From Longimicrobiales bacterium (GTDB lineage: Bacteria > Gemmatimonadota > Gemmatimonadetes > Longimicrobiales > Gaopeijiaceae), in NCBI GenBank assembly GCA_965203485.1, contig OZ241892.1, positions 960,001-1,024,000 of the forward strand: DNA of 64,000 nucleotides, given 5' to 3'. Positions 41,751-53,233 of this stretch are shown here, in pieces. Within the stretch, counting starts at the first letter, position 1; the number at the start of each line of letters is the position of its first letter. The position numbers and the translations under genes are program-made. The notes below the pieces were generated by a model. It was not told where the DNA came from and searched no databases. It saw only the letters and a program-made list of their open reading frames with translations.

Positions 41751-42728
41751 ATGTGGCTCTTTCACGACGCGAAGTACGAGTTCATCGGCAGGCGCAAGCC
41801 GGCGTTCGCCGCGTCGGCCGCGTTCCTCGTCCTCGGGATCGCCGCGATGGGCTGGAGCTGGTTCTCCACCGGCAAGCTGCTGAACTACGGCGTGGACTTC
41901 ACGGGCGGCACGCTGGTCCAGGTGCGCTTCGACGTGCCCGCGACCGACCAGGACTTGCGCCAGGCCCTGGGCGGCGCGGAAGCGCCTCCGATCACCCGCT
42001 TCGGCGCCGACAACGAGTTCGTGATCCGGGCGCCGGGACAGGAGGAGGCGAGCATCGACGAGACGGCGGCCCGGATTGCGGCCCAGATCGGCCAGACCTA
42101 CGGGGAGGGCGACTTCGAGATCGTGCGCCGCGAGCTGGTCGGCCCCAAGATCGGGGCCGAGCTCCAGCAGAAGGCCATGCTCGCCGTTCTGTTCTCGCTG
42201 GCGCTCACGCTGATCTACATCGCGATCCGCTTCGAAGTGCGCTTCGGCGTGGCGTCGGTCGCCGCCACGGCGCACGACATGCTCGCCGTTCTGGGCTTCC
42301 TGGCCGTCTTCCGCGTCGAGATATCGTTGCCGACGGTGGCGGCGATCCTCACCATCCTGGGCTACTCGCTGAACGACACCATCGTCGTGTTCGACCGCAT
42401 CCGCGAGAACCTCAACAAGAAGGGCGGGCGCCGGCAGGACCCGGAGCGCCTCGTGAACCGCTCCATCAACGAGACGCTGCCCCGCACCGTGCTGACGTCG
42501 GGGACCACTCTGGTCGTGCTGCTTTCGCTGCTGGTGCTGGGCGGCGTGGTCAACCGCGACTTCGCCACCGTGCTCATCCTGGGCGTGCTGATCGGCACCT
42601 ACTCGTCGATCTTCATCGCGTCGCCCGCGTTGCTGGAGATCCAGAAGCGGTACGGGACGGCCGAGGGCGGCGCCGGAAAGCGCGAGCGCACCAGGGAAGG
42701 CAAGGGCCGGGCGGCCGCGGCGGTGTGA
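41751..42728 (+). CDS. secF: Protein translocase subunit SecF
   Basis: GVDFTGG, VGPKIGAEL, GYSLNDTIVVFDRIREN, GTYSSIFIA. Confidence 0.96.
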   Translation: MWLFHDAKYEFIGRRKPAFAASAAFLVLGIAAMGWSWFSTGKLLNYGVDFTGGTLVQVRFDVPATDQDLRQALGGAEAPPITRFGADNEFVIRAPGQEEASIDETAARIAAQIGQTYGEGDFEIVRRELVGPKIGAELQQKAMLAVLFSLALTLIYIAIRFEVRFGVASVAATAHDMLAVLGFLAVFRVEISLPTVAAILTILGYSLNDTIVVFDRIRENLNKKGGRRQDPERLVNRSINETLPRTVLTSGTTLVVLLSLLVLGGVVNRDFATVLILGVLIGTYSSIFIASPALLEIQKRYGTAEGGAGKRERTREGKGRAAAAV

Positions 42729-43540
42729 GGTTCGCCGACTCCCACTGCCACCTCACCGACGACGCCTTCGCGCCCGACTTGGCCGGCGTGCTGGACCGGG
42801 CGAGGGCCGCCGGCGTGGCGCGCGTCGTGGCCGTCGCGTCGGACGCGGCCGACTCCAGGGCCGCGTTGCGGGCGGCCGATGCGCGCGAGGGGGTGTGGTG
42901 CTCGGCGGGGGTCCATCCGCATGCGGTCTCGGGCGCCGGCGCGGGCGACCTGGCCGCCGTCAGCGACGTGGCCGGCCATGCGGCCTGCGTCGCGATCGGC
43001 GAGACCGGCTTGGACTATCGCCGCGACAACGCGCCTCGCGCGGAACAGCGGCGGAGCTTCGCGGCGCATGCCCGGCTGGCGGCCGAGCTCGGGTTGCCGC
43101 TCGTCGTGCACTCGAGGGGCGCGGAGGCCGACACGGCGGCGCTGATCGAGGAGACCAGCGGCGAGGTGCGGGGCGTGGTGCACTGCTTCACGGGACCGGC
43201 CGAACTCATGGACGTCGCGCTCGCGGCGAACTGGATGGTTTCCTTCACCGGCGTCGTGGGCTTCAAGGGCTTCGACGCCGCGCTGGTCCGCCGCGCGCCG
43301 CGGGACCGCTACATGATCGAAACCGACGCGCCCTTCCTTGCGCCGGCGCCCAAGCGCGGACGCCGAAACGAGCCCGCCTTCGTGTTGCATGTGGCCGAGA
43401 CGGTCGCGCGCCTCCGCGGCGAGCCGCTGGAGCGGGTGGCCCGCGACACCTGGGCCAACGCATCCCGCTTCTTCGGGCTGGAGGAGCAGGCCGGCGAACG
43501 GCGGCAAGCGCCCGGAGCCGCTGCGGCGGGAGCCCCGTGA
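42725..43540 (+). CDS. tatD: TatD-family hydrolase
   Basis: DSHCHL, GVHPH, IGETGLDY, VVHSR, VHCF, ETDAPFLAP..RGRRNEPA. Confidence 0.93.
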   Translation: MRFADSHCHLTDDAFAPDLAGVLDRARAAGVARVVAVASDAADSRAALRAADAREGVWCSAGVHPHAVSGAGAGDLAAVSDVAGHAACVAIGETGLDYRRDNAPRAEQRRSFAAHARLAAELGLPLVVHSRGAEADTAALIEETSGEVRGVVHCFTGPAELMDVALAANWMVSFTGVVGFKGFDAALVRRAPRDRYMIETDAPFLAPAPKRGRRNEPAFVLHVAETVARLRGEPLERVARDTWANASRFFGLEEQAGERRQAPGAAAAGAP

Positions 43541-45570
43541 CGTCCCGCCGCGGCCCGCGGCCCCGCGTCCGCGTCCTGCCCGACCACGTGGCCAACCAGA
43601 TCGCCGCCGGCGAGGTCGTGGAACGCCCGGCCTCGGTCGTCAAGGAGCTCGTGGAGAACGCCGTAGACGCCCACGCGGACACCGTCCGGGTCACGCTCGA
43701 GGGCGGCGGCAAGACGCGCATCGCCGTGGCCGACGACGGCTGGGGCATGACCCGAGAGGACGTGCTGGCCAGCTTGGACCGCCACGCCACGAGCAAGATT
43801 CGCCACGCGGAGGACCTTCACGAGATCCGCACGCTGGGCTTCCGCGGCGAGGCTCTTCCCTCGATCGCGGCCGTGTCGCGGATGACGCTCGAGTCCGCGG
43901 TCGCCGAGGAGGATTCCGGGGTCCGCGTGCGCGTGCTCGGAGGCAAGATTCAAGGCGTGGAGGAGACGGCCCGGCGGCCCGGCGCCACCGTCGACGTGCG
44001 AAACCTCTTCTTCAACACGCCCGTGCGCGCCCGCTTCCTCAAGTCCGCCAGCGTCGAAGCGCGCGCCGCGTCCGACGTGCTGCACACGCTGGCGCTGGCC
44101 AACCTCGGCGTGCGCTTCGTCCTGGAGACGGGCGGCCGCAGGACGCTCGACTTGGCCGGGGGGCGCAGCGTCGTGGGGCGAGTCGGCGAGATTTGGAAGG
44201 ACGCCCGAGAGATGGGCCTGATCCCGCTCGGGGGCCGGCGCGGCGACCTGAGCGTCGAGGGAGCGATCCAACGGCCCGACTTGGCCCGCCGGGGCTTTCG
44301 CCGGCTCCAGCTCTTCGTGAACGGCCGGCCGTTCCGCGACGCGGGCTTGGTTGCGGCCGCGGACGCCGGCTACCGGACGACGATCCCCGAGGGAGCCAAG
44401 CCCTGGCTGTTCCTGTTCCTCGGCGTCGCCCCGGGCCTGGTGGACGTCAACGTGCATCCCGGCAAGGCCGAAGTGCGGTTTCGCAACCGCGCCGCCGTCG
44501 AGAGCTTCGTGGAGACCACCGTGAGGCGGACGTTGCAGGGCGCGGAGTCCGCGGCCGCCTTCGGTGCGCCGTCCTCCGCCGGTTCCGTCCGCGAGAGACC
44601 GGGCGGCCGCACCGGCGGCGCGGGCCGGTCCGGCGCGGCGCCGCCCGAAGCGCTTTCCGGCGACGCGGGCCGGCCTGGTCCGTCTCGTCTCGGCGGCCCG
44701 GCCGCCGGGCGCGCACCGTCCGGCCCTCCTCCGCCCGGCGGCCCCTCCCTGTCGGGCGATCCTCCGTTGCCGGCGTCCCCGTCCGGCGCGTCCCCCGCCG
44801 ACGCCCCCGGGGACGTTGCCGCGCCGTCCAGCGCGGTCTCGCCGAGCGCGTCCCCTCCGGCCGCCGGGCGCTTGCGCGCCGTTTCCGTCGCCCCGACGGG
44901 CGGCCAGATGATCCTCTTTCCGGGGACGGGGCAGGGCGGCGGGCCGCCCGGCGCCGAGCGCGTCCCCGGCGAGGACGCCCTCGTCGGCGAGGCTCCGAGG
45001 CCCCCGCTCGTCCAGATTCACAACAGCTTCATTCTCGCCGAGACGCGCGACGGCCTCATCTTCGTCGACCAGCACGCGGCGCACGAGCGCATCCTGTACG
45101 AGCGCATCGCGGCGGAGTTCGAGAGCGGCGACGGCGAAGGCCAGCGCCTGCTCTTTCCGTTCACGATCCGGCTCACGCGCCAGGAACTCGACGTGATGGA
45201 GTCGGTCTCGGATCTTCTCGCCGGACTGGGATTCGAGCTGGCGCCGTTCGGGCCGGACGCGCTTCTGGTGCAGTCAGTGCCCAACCCGCACCGCTACTTC
45301 GACGCCGAGAGCTGCATCCGCGAGATGATCCACGAACTGGCGCACGGCTCCGACCTGATGAAGGCGGCGCGGAACCAGAACGACCGAGTGGCCATGAGCT
45401 TCGCCTGCAAGGGCGCAATCAAGGCGGGCCAGAAGCTCGAGCCCGAGGAGATGCAGGACATCTTCGACCAGCTGTTCGCCACCAAGCTGCCGTACCACGA
45501 CGTGCACGGGCGCCCGACCGTCGTGCGCCTGGGCATCGGCGAGCTGGAGCGCAAGTTCGGCCGGACATGA
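43537..45570 (+). CDS. mutL: DNA mismatch repair endonuclease MutL
   Basis: QIAAGEVVERPASVVKELVENAVDA, HATSKI, GFRGEAL, DVNVHP.K.EV, DQHAAHERILYE, ACKGAIK, HGRPT. Confidence 0.96.
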   Translation: MTSRRGPRPRVRVLPDHVANQIAAGEVVERPASVVKELVENAVDAHADTVRVTLEGGGKTRIAVADDGWGMTREDVLASLDRHATSKIRHAEDLHEIRTLGFRGEALPSIAAVSRMTLESAVAEEDSGVRVRVLGGKIQGVEETARRPGATVDVRNLFFNTPVRARFLKSASVEARAASDVLHTLALANLGVRFVLETGGRRTLDLAGGRSVVGRVGEIWKDAREMGLIPLGGRRGDLSVEGAIQRPDLARRGFRRLQLFVNGRPFRDAGLVAAADAGYRTTIPEGAKPWLFLFLGVAPGLVDVNVHPGKAEVRFRNRAAVESFVETTVRRTLQGAESAAAFGAPSSAGSVRERPGGRTGGAGRSGAAPPEALSGDAGRPGPSRLGGPAAGRAPSGPPPPGGPSLSGDPPLPASPSGASPADAPGDVAAPSSAVSPSASPPAAGRLRAVSVAPTGGQMILFPGTGQGGGPPGAERVPGEDALVGEAPRPPLVQIHNSFILAETRDGLIFVDQHAAHERILYERIAAEFESGDGEGQRLLFPFTIRLTRQELDVMESVSDLLAGLGFELAPFGPDALLVQSVPNPHRYFDAESCIREMIHELAHGSDLMKAARNQNDRVAMSFACKGAIKAGQKLEPEEMQDIFDQLFATKLPYHDVHGRPTVVRLGIGELERKFGRT

Positions 45571-46589
45571 GCACGGGCGACGGCTCCGCCGACCCGGAGG
45601 CCGCCGACTTCCTGGCCATCGTCGGTCCGACGGCGGCGGGAAAGACGGCGCTGGCGCTCGCCGCGGCCAGCGAGATCGGCGGCGAGATCGTGTCGATGGA
45701 CTCGCGCCAAGTCTACCGCGGCATGGACGTGGGCACGGCCAAGCCGACGGCCCGCGAACGAGAGCGCGTGAGGCACCACGGTCTCGACATTCGCGATCCC
45801 GGCGAGCGCTACGGCGCCGGGCAGTTCGCCAGGGACGCGAGGCGCTGGATCGCGGACGCGCGCAGCAGGGGGCGAACGCCGATGCTCGTGGGCGGCGCCG
45901 GGCTGTTCCTTCGAGCCTTGACCCGCCCGGTCTTCAAGGAGCCCCGGGCCATGCGGCCGCGGCGCGACGGCGTGGAGGCCGCGCTCGAGCGAATGCCCCG
46001 GGCCGACTTGGCCCGCTGGACGCGGGCGCTGGATCGCGAACGCGGGGAGCTGGCCGTGGCCGGCGGGCGCCAGCGGATGACCAGGACGGTGTCGGTCGCG
46101 TTGCTGACTGGGCGGCCTCTTTCCTGGTGGCACCGCAACGGGCCGGCGGACGCGCCGCCGCTGCGGGGATGCGTCTGCCTGCTGGACGTGTCGCCGGAAC
46201 TGCTCCGCCGCCGCATCGACGAGCGGTTGCGGGCGATGGCCGAGGCAGGCTTCGCCGACGAGGTCGCCCGCCTCCTGGACGCGGGCTGGCGGCGGTCCGA
46301 CCCCGGCATGAACGCCGTGGGCTACCGCGAGATGGCCGACCACGTGCGGGGACGCGCGACGCTCGGCGAAGCCCTCGAGCGCGCCCGCCGGGCCACGTGG
46401 CGCTACGCCCGCCGCCAGCGCACGTGGTTTCGGCACCAGCTGGGCGAGGGCGCGCACGTCGTGGACGGAGCGCTCGACCTGCCCGCCCGGACGCGCGCCG
46501 TCGTAGCCGCGTGGCGCGCCCGCGCCCCGGCCGCCGAGCGCGCCCGCCCGCCTTCGCGCGTCGTCCGGGCATCCGAAGCGCAAGCGTGA
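45567..46589 (+). CDS. miaA: tRNA dimethylallyltransferase
   Basis: GPTAAGKT, SMDSRQVYRGMDVGTAKP, VGYRE, YARRQRTWFR. Confidence 0.95.
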   Translation: MSTGDGSADPEAADFLAIVGPTAAGKTALALAAASEIGGEIVSMDSRQVYRGMDVGTAKPTARERERVRHHGLDIRDPGERYGAGQFARDARRWIADARSRGRTPMLVGGAGLFLRALTRPVFKEPRAMRPRRDGVEAALERMPRADLARWTRALDRERGELAVAGGRQRMTRTVSVALLTGRPLSWWHRNGPADAPPLRGCVCLLDVSPELLRRRIDERLRAMAEAGFADEVARLLDAGWRRSDPGMNAVGYREMADHVRGRATLGEALERARRATWRYARRQRTWFRHQLGEGAHVVDGALDLPARTRAVVAAWRARAPAAERARPPSRVVRASEAQA

Positions 46590-47782
46590 AGATCGGCATC
46601 ACCTGCTACCCCACCTACGGGGGCTCGGGCGCCGTGGCCACGGAACTCGGCATCGGCCTCGCCGCCCACGGCCACGAAGTCCACTTCATTTCCTACGCCC
46701 AGCCCTTCCGCCTCGCCGGCTTCCACGAGCGCGTCTACTTCCACGAAGTCGAAGTGGACAGCTATCCGCTCTTCGAGCATCCCCCCTACACGCTCGCGCT
46801 CGCCGCCGCCATCCACGCCACCGCCGTGCGCGAGCGGCTCGACGTCGTGCACGTCCATTACGCCATCCCCCACGCCACGTCCGCGTGGATCGCGCGCGAA
46901 ATGCTGGAAGGCGACGACGGTCCCCCGCTCGTCACCACCCTGCACGGAACCGACGTCACGCTGGTCGGCCAGCACCCTTCGCTTCACGCCATCACCCGCT
47001 TCTCGATCCTCCGCTCGCAACGAATCACGGCGGTGTCGCACTACCTCAAGCGGGAGACGGTGCGCGACTTCGGCATCCCCGGCGAGCGCATCGAAGTCAT
47101 CCCCAACTTCGTCGACACGGACCGGTACCGCCGCGACCGCGGGCCCAGCCGCCGCGAGGTCTTCGCGCCCGGCAACGAGAAGATCGTGGCGCACGTCTCG
47201 AACTTTCGCCCGCTCAAGCGGGTGTCCGACGTGGTCGGCGCGTTCGCGGGCATCAGGAAGCGCATGCCGGCCCGGCTTGTGATGGTGGGCGACGGACCGG
47301 ACCGTCCGCGCGCCGAAGAGCGGGCTCGCGCGCTGGGCGTGCGCGACGACGTGGTTTTCTTGGGCAAGCACGTGGCCGTCGAGGAGATCCTGGCGTCCAC
47401 GGACCTGTTCCTGATGGCCAGCGAGAACGAGTCGTTCGGCCTGGCGGCGCTCGAAGCGATGTCGTGCGGGGCGCCGGTAGTCGCGTACCGGGCCGGCGGC
47501 GTGCCCGAGGTCGTGGCCGACGGCGAGACCGGGTTCCTGGTGCCGACGGGGGGCGTGGACGAAGCTGCCGAGGCCGGGGCGCGGGTGCTGGGCGACGCCG
47601 CGCTGTGGGAGCGGTTCAGCCGGGCCGGGCGGCGGGCGGCGGAGGAGAGCTTCGGAACGGACAGCGTGCTGCCCATGTACGAGGCCTGCTACGAGTCGGT
47701 TCGGAAAGCCCCGGGAGAACCGGGGGACGCCGGCGCTGGAACGGGCGGGCGCGAGTCCGCGTGCCGGGGGCGGGGGCCGTGA
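46586..47782 (+). CDS. bshA: N-acetyl-alpha-D-glucosaminyl L-malate synthase (bacillithiol biosynthesis)
   Basis: KIGITCYPTYGGSGAVATELG, HVHYAIPHA, TTLHGTD, HVSNFRPLKRV, ESFGLAALEAM. Confidence 0.93.
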   Translation: MKIGITCYPTYGGSGAVATELGIGLAAHGHEVHFISYAQPFRLAGFHERVYFHEVEVDSYPLFEHPPYTLALAAAIHATAVRERLDVVHVHYAIPHATSAWIAREMLEGDDGPPLVTTLHGTDVTLVGQHPSLHAITRFSILRSQRITAVSHYLKRETVRDFGIPGERIEVIPNFVDTDRYRRDRGPSRREVFAPGNEKIVAHVSNFRPLKRVSDVVGAFAGIRKRMPARLVMVGDGPDRPRAEERARALGVRDDVVFLGKHVAVEEILASTDLFLMASENESFGLAALEAMSCGAPVVAYRAGGVPEVVADGETGFLVPTGGVDEAAEAGARVLGDAALWERFSRAGRRAAEESFGTDSVLPMYEACYESVRKAPGEPGDAGAGTGGRESACRGRGP

Positions 47783-48576
47783 CTTGGTGGGAGGGGGCGC
47801 TGCTGGGGCTGGTCCAGGGGACGACGGAGTTCCTGCCGGTGTCGAGTTCGGGCCACTTGGTGATGGCCCAGGCGCTTCTGGGCGCCGACGCGCCCGGAGT
47901 CGGCGTCGAGGTCGCCTTGCACGCGGCGACGGCGGCGTCGGTGGCCGTCGCGTACCGGCGGCGCTTGGGGATGCTCTTGGCCGGCTGGGCGCGCGGGGAC
48001 GCGGCGAGCTTGCGCGCGGGCGGGTTGCTGGCGCTGGCGTCGGCGCCGGCCGCGGCGGCCGGCGTCGGCTTCGGGGACTTCTTCGAGCGGCTCTTCGAAG
48101 CGGAAGCGGTCACGGGGGCGGCATTGTTGGTCACGGGCTGCGTGCTGTGGGCGTCGCGGGGAGCGAAGGCGCGCGGCGGCGGAGGGCGGGGGCCGGGCTG
48201 GTGCGCGGCGGCGGCGATGGGCGTCGCCCAGGCCGTGGCGATCGTTCCCGGCATCTCCCGTTCGGGCGCGACCGTGGTCACGGGGATGCGGGCGGGCGTG
48301 GATCCTGCGGAGGCGGCGGCGTTCTCCTTCCTGATGTACATTCCGGTGGCGGGCGGCGCCGCGCTCCTGGAGTTGCCGGCCGTGATCGGGTCGCCGGAGG
48401 GCGCCGGCATCGGCGCGTGGCCGCTGGCGGCGGGCGCCGCGACGGCCTGCCTGTCCGGCATCGGGGCGATCCGCCTCTTCCGCGCCGTGCTGGCCCGGCG
48501 GACGCTTCACCGCTTCGCCCCGTACCTGTGGACCGCAGGAACCGCCTTTCTCGCCTACGCGCTGTTGTTCGAATGA
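47779..48576 (+). CDS. uppP: Undecaprenyl-diphosphatase
   Basis: GLVQGTTEFLPVSSSGHL, PGISRSGAT, AAAFSFLM; hydrophobic. Confidence 0.94.
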   Translation: MTWWEGALLGLVQGTTEFLPVSSSGHLVMAQALLGADAPGVGVEVALHAATAASVAVAYRRRLGMLLAGWARGDAASLRAGGLLALASAPAAAAGVGFGDFFERLFEAEAVTGAALLVTGCVLWASRGAKARGGGGRGPGWCAAAAMGVAQAVAIVPGISRSGATVVTGMRAGVDPAEAAAFSFLMYIPVAGGAALLELPAVIGSPEGAGIGAWPLAAGAATACLSGIGAIRLFRAVLARRTLHRFAPYLWTAGTAFLAYALLFE

Positions 48577-49568
48577 GTTCTTGCGCGCCCCGGCGCCGTC
48601 GTTCGTGCTCGGTGACCGTCGCTCGAGAGGACCTTGCGCGAGATGCGGACGCGCCCGCCCGCCCGGGCCGCGGGTCGGACGCGCGTCCGGACGCCTCCGG
48701 CCTCGGCGCGCCGCCCGCAGCCGAGTGGGGCGGCCTCGCAACGGCCGAGTGGGCAAGGCGCTTCGGCTACGCCACCGCCGAGTTCCATGCCCGCGTCCCG
48801 TCCACCAACGAACGCGCCCGCGCTCTGGCGCTTGCCGGACGGCCCCTGCCGGTTCTGGTCGTCGCTTCCCGCCAGTCCGCGGGCAGGGGCCGCAGAGGCC
48901 GCCGCTGGGCGTCCGACTCTCCGCTCGGCCTCTGGTTCACAGTGGCCGTGGCCGGCGGCCGCGGCCCAACGGAGCCCGTCCCGCTCCGCGCCGGACTTGC
49001 GGCCGCGCTGGCCGTCGAATCGCTCGCCCCAGGCCTCGCCGTCCGCCTGAAGTGGCCGAACGATCTCTTGGCCGGACCCGAGGGCCGCAAGTTCGGCGGC
49101 GTTCTTTGCGAGCGGGCGGGCGGCGCGACGATCGTCGGCATCGGCCTCGACCTCAACCACGGCCCGGGCGACCTTCCTGCGCACCTCGCGGGCCGCGCCA
49201 CCTCCGTGCGTGCCGAGACGGGCCGCCGGTTGGCGCGCGGCGACGTGCTTCGGACTGTCCTGGCCGCGCTCGCCGTCCGCCTCCGCCCCGAGCCGTCCAT
49301 TCCGCCGGGCGAACTGGCGGAACTCAACGCGCGCTCGTTCATGGCGGGGCGGCGCGCATCCGCGAGCGGCGTCGCCAGCACGCCTTCCGGCGAAGCCCGC
49401 GCCGTGGAAGCCCTGCCCGTCGTCTGCGGGCCGATTCTTGCCGACGGCGCGCTCCAGCTGCGGAGCCGAGACGGCGGCACGCTGCGCCTGGTGGCCGGAT
49501 CCGTGACGCCCGCGCCGTCGTCCGCGCGGCCCGGCCCGCCGCCCGGCCGCGCCTCCGCCGCTCCATGA
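48573..49568 (+). CDS. birA: Biotin--[acetyl-CoA-carboxylase] ligase
   Basis: PSTN, QSAGRGRRGRRW, LKWPNDLL, KFGGVLCE, GIGL; start uncertain. Confidence 0.9.
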   Translation: MSSCAPRRRRSCSVTVAREDLARDADAPARPGRGSDARPDASGLGAPPAAEWGGLATAEWARRFGYATAEFHARVPSTNERARALALAGRPLPVLVVASRQSAGRGRRGRRWASDSPLGLWFTVAVAGGRGPTEPVPLRAGLAAALAVESLAPGLAVRLKWPNDLLAGPEGRKFGGVLCERAGGATIVGIGLDLNHGPGDLPAHLAGRATSVRAETGRRLARGDVLRTVLAALAVRLRPEPSIPPGELAELNARSFMAGRRASASGVASTPSGEARAVEALPVVCGPILADGALQLRSRDGGTLRLVAGSVTPAPSSARPGPPPGRASAAP

Positions 49569-50356
49569 GCCGCCAGCTGGTCGCCGACGTGGGCAACACC
49601 GAGACCGTCGTGGGGCTCCTCGAGCTCTCCAGCTGCGAGGTCGTGGACCACTGGCGGGTCGGCACGCACCCCACTCGAACCGCCGCGGAATTCCGCGTCC
49701 TGCTGTCCTCGCTCCTGGCCTCCAGTCCCCACGGCTCGGCCCCCGTCGCCCGCGCCGTCGTCGCGTCGGTCGTTCCGGCCGCCACGCCCGCGCTGCGCAG
49801 GGCCCTCGCGGAGTTCGTGGACGGGGGCGTCTTCGTCGTGACCGCCGCGTCCAGCCTCCCGATTCGGCTCGAGGTGGAGGAGCCCCTCACCGTCGGCGCC
49901 GACCGCATCGTCAACACGCTGGCCGCCAAGGCCCGCTTCGGACGCGACACGATCGCCGTGGACCTCGGCACGGCGACGACCTTCGACTGCATCACGGCCG
50001 ACGGCGTGTTTCGCGGCGGCGTCATCGCGCCGGGCCTGAGTGCCGGGCTCCATTGGCTGACCCGCAACACTGCCAAGCTGCCCACCGTCGAGCTGGCGCC
50101 TCCCGAGACCGTCATCGGCAAGCGCACCGAGACGTGCATCCAGAGCGGCGTCTTCTACTCCGCCGTGGACGCCGTGGACGGCATCGTCTCGCGCATCAAG
50201 GCGAGCTGGACGGACGCCGATCCCCTGGTCGTCGCCACTGGCGGCTTCGCCACCGTCGTGGCCCCCTTCGCGTCGTCCGTGGACCGCATCGAGCCCTTCC
50301 TCACGCTCGAGGGCTTGGCCATCGCCGGAACCCACCTGGACCCCGGCGCCCCGTAG
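49565..50356 (+). CDS. coaX: Type III pantothenate kinase
   Basis: [37 protein letters not shown]. Confidence 0.95.
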   Translation: MSRQLVADVGNTETVVGLLELSSCEVVDHWRVGTHPTRTAAEFRVLLSSLLASSPHGSAPVARAVVASVVPAATPALRRALAEFVDGGVFVVTAASSLPIRLEVEEPLTVGADRIVNTLAAKARFGRDTIAVDLGTATTFDCITADGVFRGGVIAPGLSAGLHWLTRNTAKLPTVELAPPETVIGKRTETCIQSGVFYSAVDAVDGIVSRIKASWTDADPLVVATGGFATVVAPFASSVDRIEPFLTLEGLAIAGTHLDPGAP

Positions 50357-50490
50357 GCCGCAGGGCCCGGCCCGCCTCGTCTCGCTGGTCCGCGCCGCGT
50401 CGAGCGCCGCATCGTCGCCGTTGCGCTTGGGCCGAGCGCCCGGCCCGCTCGAGCCGGCCCCGCGCGGTCCCGGGCGCGGCCCAAGAGCGC

Positions 50491-50519
50491 TTGACGTCCC
50501 GCCCGCCAGTCGCCACCTT
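50491..50519 (+). promoter_or_regulatory. Putative sigma70 promoter of groESL
   Basis: TTGACG-17 nt-CACCTT immediately upstream of CIRCE. Confidence 0.55.
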
Positions 50520-50524
50520 TCCTG

Positions 50525-50551
50525 TTGGCGCTCACTGCCGTCGAGCGCCAA
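50525..50551 (+). promoter_or_regulatory. CIRCE element (HrcA operator)
   Basis: TTGGCGCTC-N9-GAGCGCCAA, perfect inverted repeat matching TTAGCACTC-N9-GAGTGCTAA, upstream of groES. Confidence 0.9.
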
Positions 50552-50618
50552 CAAGACGAGATCGGGGCGGCGAAACCCGTTCCGAAACCCAAGTCACCTG
50601 TCCCAACGGGAGGAGTGC

Positions 50619-50921
50619 ATGTCGGCCGCAGACAAGATCCAGCCGCTGGCGGATCGCGTGGTGGTACGGGCCCTGGAAGAGGGCGAGCAGATGAGGGGTG
50701 GCCTCTACATCCCCGACACCGCGAAGGAGAAGCCCCAAGAGGGCGAGGTCGTCGCGGTGGGACCCGGCAAGCTGTCCGACGACGGCGCGCGGGTCCCGAT
50801 GGAAGTCGCCGCAGGGAACAAGGTTCTCTACGGCAAGTACAGCGGCACGGAGGTCACGGTGGACGGAGATCAATACCTGATCCTCCGCGAGTCGGACATC
50901 CTTGCCATCGTCAACGACTAA
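50619..50921 (+). CDS. groES: Co-chaperonin GroES
   Basis: [51 protein letters not shown]. Confidence 0.97.
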   Translation: MSAADKIQPLADRVVVRALEEGEQMRGGLYIPDTAKEKPQEGEVVAVGPGKLSDDGARVPMEVAAGNKVLYGKYSGTEVTVDGDQYLILRESDILAIVND

Positions 50922-52583
<1,662 letters not shown>

Positions 52584-52657
52584 CAGGGATTGCGGCCAAG
52601 CCTGGGCGTCCTCTCCGGCGAAGGGGAGGGCGCCTGGGCGATTTCCTGTCCGTCCCA

Positions 52658-52704
52658 AGCGGGGCCGGGAGCGCGAACGAGGCGTTTCCGGCCCCGCTCT
52701 TGTT
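52658..52704 (+). terminator. Rho-independent terminator after groEL
   Basis: Stem AGCGGGGCCGGGAGCGC / GCGTTTCCGGCCCCGCT followed by CTTGTT; a second hairpin at ~52604-52635. Confidence 0.65.
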
Positions 52705-52819
52705 CGGCTGGAGCCCTCCGGGGTCTCTCGGGCGCGAAGACGACCCGTTCGGCCATGTATGCGTCCCGCGCAACGCTTTACCTTTGGGGCAGGATCGGCC
52801 CGCCGGAAGAGAGAGCGCC

Positions 52820-53233
52820 ATGGAGTTCCAGGATTGGCTCGGGACCATCGCCACCGTCGCGATCGTGTGCGGCGCGGCGCTTGCGTTGGGGCGTTGGCTC
52901 CGCACGCAGACGGCGGACCAGTTCGATGCGTTCAAGGCGTCGGTGGATCAGCAGTTTGCCGTCGTGGACCAGCGCTTCGCCGACATCGACCGGCGCTTTG
53001 GCGACATCGACCGGCGCCTTCAGGAGAACCAGGAGGATCATGCGGCCATCCGGCGGGGCATCCGGGAGGCGGCCCAGCAGGTCGTTGGGCTCATGGACCG
53101 GCGTTTCGAGGACATGGGCAAGCGGATCGACGAGATGGGCAAGCGGATGGACGAAATGGGCAAGCGCATCGACGACCTGAGGTCTCGCGTTGATTCCGGC
53201 GGTCGTGCCGTCCTTCGGCGCGAGCATGCGTAG
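52820..53233 (+). CDS. Membrane-anchored coiled-coil heptad-repeat protein
   Basis: N-terminal TM helix, then heptads DQRFADI/DRRFGDI and MGKRIDE/MGKRMDE encoded by 21-bp repeats. Confidence 0.7.
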   Translation: MEFQDWLGTIATVAIVCGAALALGRWLRTQTADQFDAFKASVDQQFAVVDQRFADIDRRFGDIDRRLQENQEDHAAIRRGIREAAQQVVGLMDRRFEDMGKRIDEMGKRMDEMGKRIDDLRSRVDSGGRAVLRREHA

